The translations under genes and the position numbers were made by a program. Of a stretch of 64,000 nt of DNA, positions 62,654-64,000 are shown one piece after another. The first letter of the stretch is position 1, and each line of letters begins with the position of its first letter. The DNA is from a virus (lineage: Duplodnaviria; Caudoviricetes), in the IMG/VR virus record IMGVR_UViG_3300025849_003344; one strand, written 5' to 3'. The notes under the pieces are model-generated. The model made no database searches, was not told the DNA's origin, and was given only the letters and a program-made list of their open reading frames with translations.

Positions 62654-63592
62654 CTAATTTACGTTATAATATTGTTTGTACCATGATACAAATTCAGCAA
62701 TACCAGTTTCAATATTTGTCATAGGTCTATAACCCAGTTTCTTGATCTCTGATATATCAGCTAATGTGTGACGAATGTCAGCTTTATGCATATCACAATA
62801 ATTAATGTCTGCTTTACGTTCTAGATTTTCTTCAATAAGATTTACGAATTTCATAAGCGGAATTGATTTTCCGCTGCCAATGTTATAGATTTCGTGAGAC
62901 TTACTTCTAAGCACTTTATCTATTAACAATTGTACACCATTTACGATGTCTTGTACATAGGTAAAATCGCGGGACATTTCGCCAAAGCCATAAACATCAA
63001 TTGGTCTACCTTTGATGATATTGTTTGTAAATCCATGTAAAGCCATGTCAGGTCGTCCATAAGGTCCATAGACTGTAAAAAATCTAAAGCCAATTGACGA
63101 AGGCAATTTACTGCTTTTAAATTGGCATTCATTTGCATATTTAGTCCAAGCATAAGGATTTAAATGATGCTTGAATTGCATATCCTCAACAAATGGAGGT
63201 TCTTGTCCTGCATAGACGCTAGAACTAGAAGCATAGACAACAGGAATATTAAGTTTTTCTGCCTGATCAATTACTCGTTGTGTTCCATTGATATTATTAT
63301 CAATATAGGTGTACGGATCGTCCAGCGAGTTTCTTACTCCAGCCCAAGCAGCCAAGTGAACAATTACATCTACGTCATCTAGATAATCTTGAAGGTAATT
63401 AAAATGCCGTATATCATCAGCATACGTTTGTATAGCCGAATCATTTAAAATCTTTGCTCGATCCATTTTTAGGTTTTTATCATAATAAGCGTTAAAGTTA
63501 TCTACACCTAAAATAGTATGCCCGAAAGCTTTAAGCTCACGGGCCAGATGAAACCCGATAAAGCCAGTTATTCCTGTTATGAATACTTTCAT
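62654..63592 (-). CDS. NAD-dependent epimerase (UDP-glucuronate 4-epimerase-like)
   Basis: TGITGFIG, HLAAWAGVR, YASSSSVY, YAWTK, FFTVYGPYGRPDMA. Confidence 0.9.
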   Translation of the reverse strand: MKVFITGITGFIGFHLARELKAFGHTILGVDNFNAYYDKNLKMDRAKILNDSAIQTYADDIRHFNYLQDYLDDVDVIVHLAAWAGVRNSLDDPYTYIDNNINGTQRVIDQAEKLNIPVVYASSSSVYAGQEPPFVEDMQFKHHLNPYAWTKYANECQFKSSKLPSSIGFRFFTVYGPYGRPDMALHGFTNNIIKGRPIDVYGFGEMSRDFTYVQDIVNGVQLLIDKVLRSKSHEIYNIGSGKSIPLMKFVNLIEENLERKADINYCDMHKADIRHTLADISEIKKLGYRPMTNIETGIAEFVSWYKQYYNVN

Positions 63593-64000
63593 CGTTCATT
63601 CACGTGTGCTATTTCGCCAGTCATATTATACTGAATGTTTTGTTCTTTTTCTCTATCATCTTTTTCATATTCAGATCGATACTTATTATTACGATCCATG
63701 ACATATTCAAGCAACGGCATACGTGTAGTAAAGTTTATAAACGCCGAAACATCTTTTGGAAAACAAGCACCGCCAAAACCACGCTTGCCGTCAAAGCCAG
63801 GGACACGAGTATGGGCATGCCCAATTCTTGGATCAGTACCAATTGCATTTGCGATACGACCATAATTACCTCCGAACTCTTTTATCGAATCATAAAATTC
63901 GTTAAAGAATGTTAGTTTAGTTGCTAGAAAAGTATTGATTCCATATTTAACAAAGCTAGCATCAGTTGCTGCCATATGATATGAAGGACATGGTTTACAT
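63589..64000 (-). CDS. ugd: UDP-glucose 6-dehydrogenase family, C-terminal part (starts beyond window)
   Basis: VKYGINTFLATKLTFFNE...DPRIG...GFGGACFPKD. Confidence 0.9.
   Translation of the reverse strand, partial: CKPCPSYHMAATDASFVKYGINTFLATKLTFFNEFYDSIKEFGGNYGRIANAIGTDPRIGHAHTRVPGFDGKRGFGGACFPKDVSAFINFTTRMPLLEYVMDRNNKYRSEYEKDDREKEQNIQYNMTGEIAHVNER

Noticed and set aside
1-64000. Stop-codon reassignment
   Set aside because: Core genes are full length under the standard code and use all three stops.

Overview
A 64-kb segment of a T4-like (myovirus) dsDNA phage genome. It carries T4 core genes (gp48 partial, gp4, gp2, gp54, gp26/gp51, tape-measure candidate, gp32, gp33, gp41, UvsX, nrdAB, thyX, denV-like, PhoH, GH19 endolysin, spanins), TATAAATA late promoters and a conserved sigma70-type early promoter (TGTACA/TTTACA-N16-17-TANNNT). 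RNA genes are two tRNAs (CAT, TCT) and a circularly permuted two-piece tmRNA, which points to an alphaproteobacterial host; a marine origin is inferred from gene content. The accessory content is rich: eight radical SAM/SPASM ORFs, a glycan-tailoring set (GT8/GT25-like, methyltransferase, sulfotransferases, APS kinase, UDP-glucose dehydrogenase, epimerase), an exported/membrane late operon and a block of probable capsid-internal proteins. Best candidates for undescribed biology: (1) a hydroxylase-TctA-ATP-grasp operon facing a TctC-like binding protein and a porin-like gene (52.4-56.9 kb); (2) the radical SAM/SPASM arrays; (3) a repeat-bounded cassette region (47.4-50 kb) holding an almost G-free gene; (4) a probable -1 frameshift joining gp26 to gp51 just upstream of the tape measure. 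All family assignments are by motif recognition; no database search was run.
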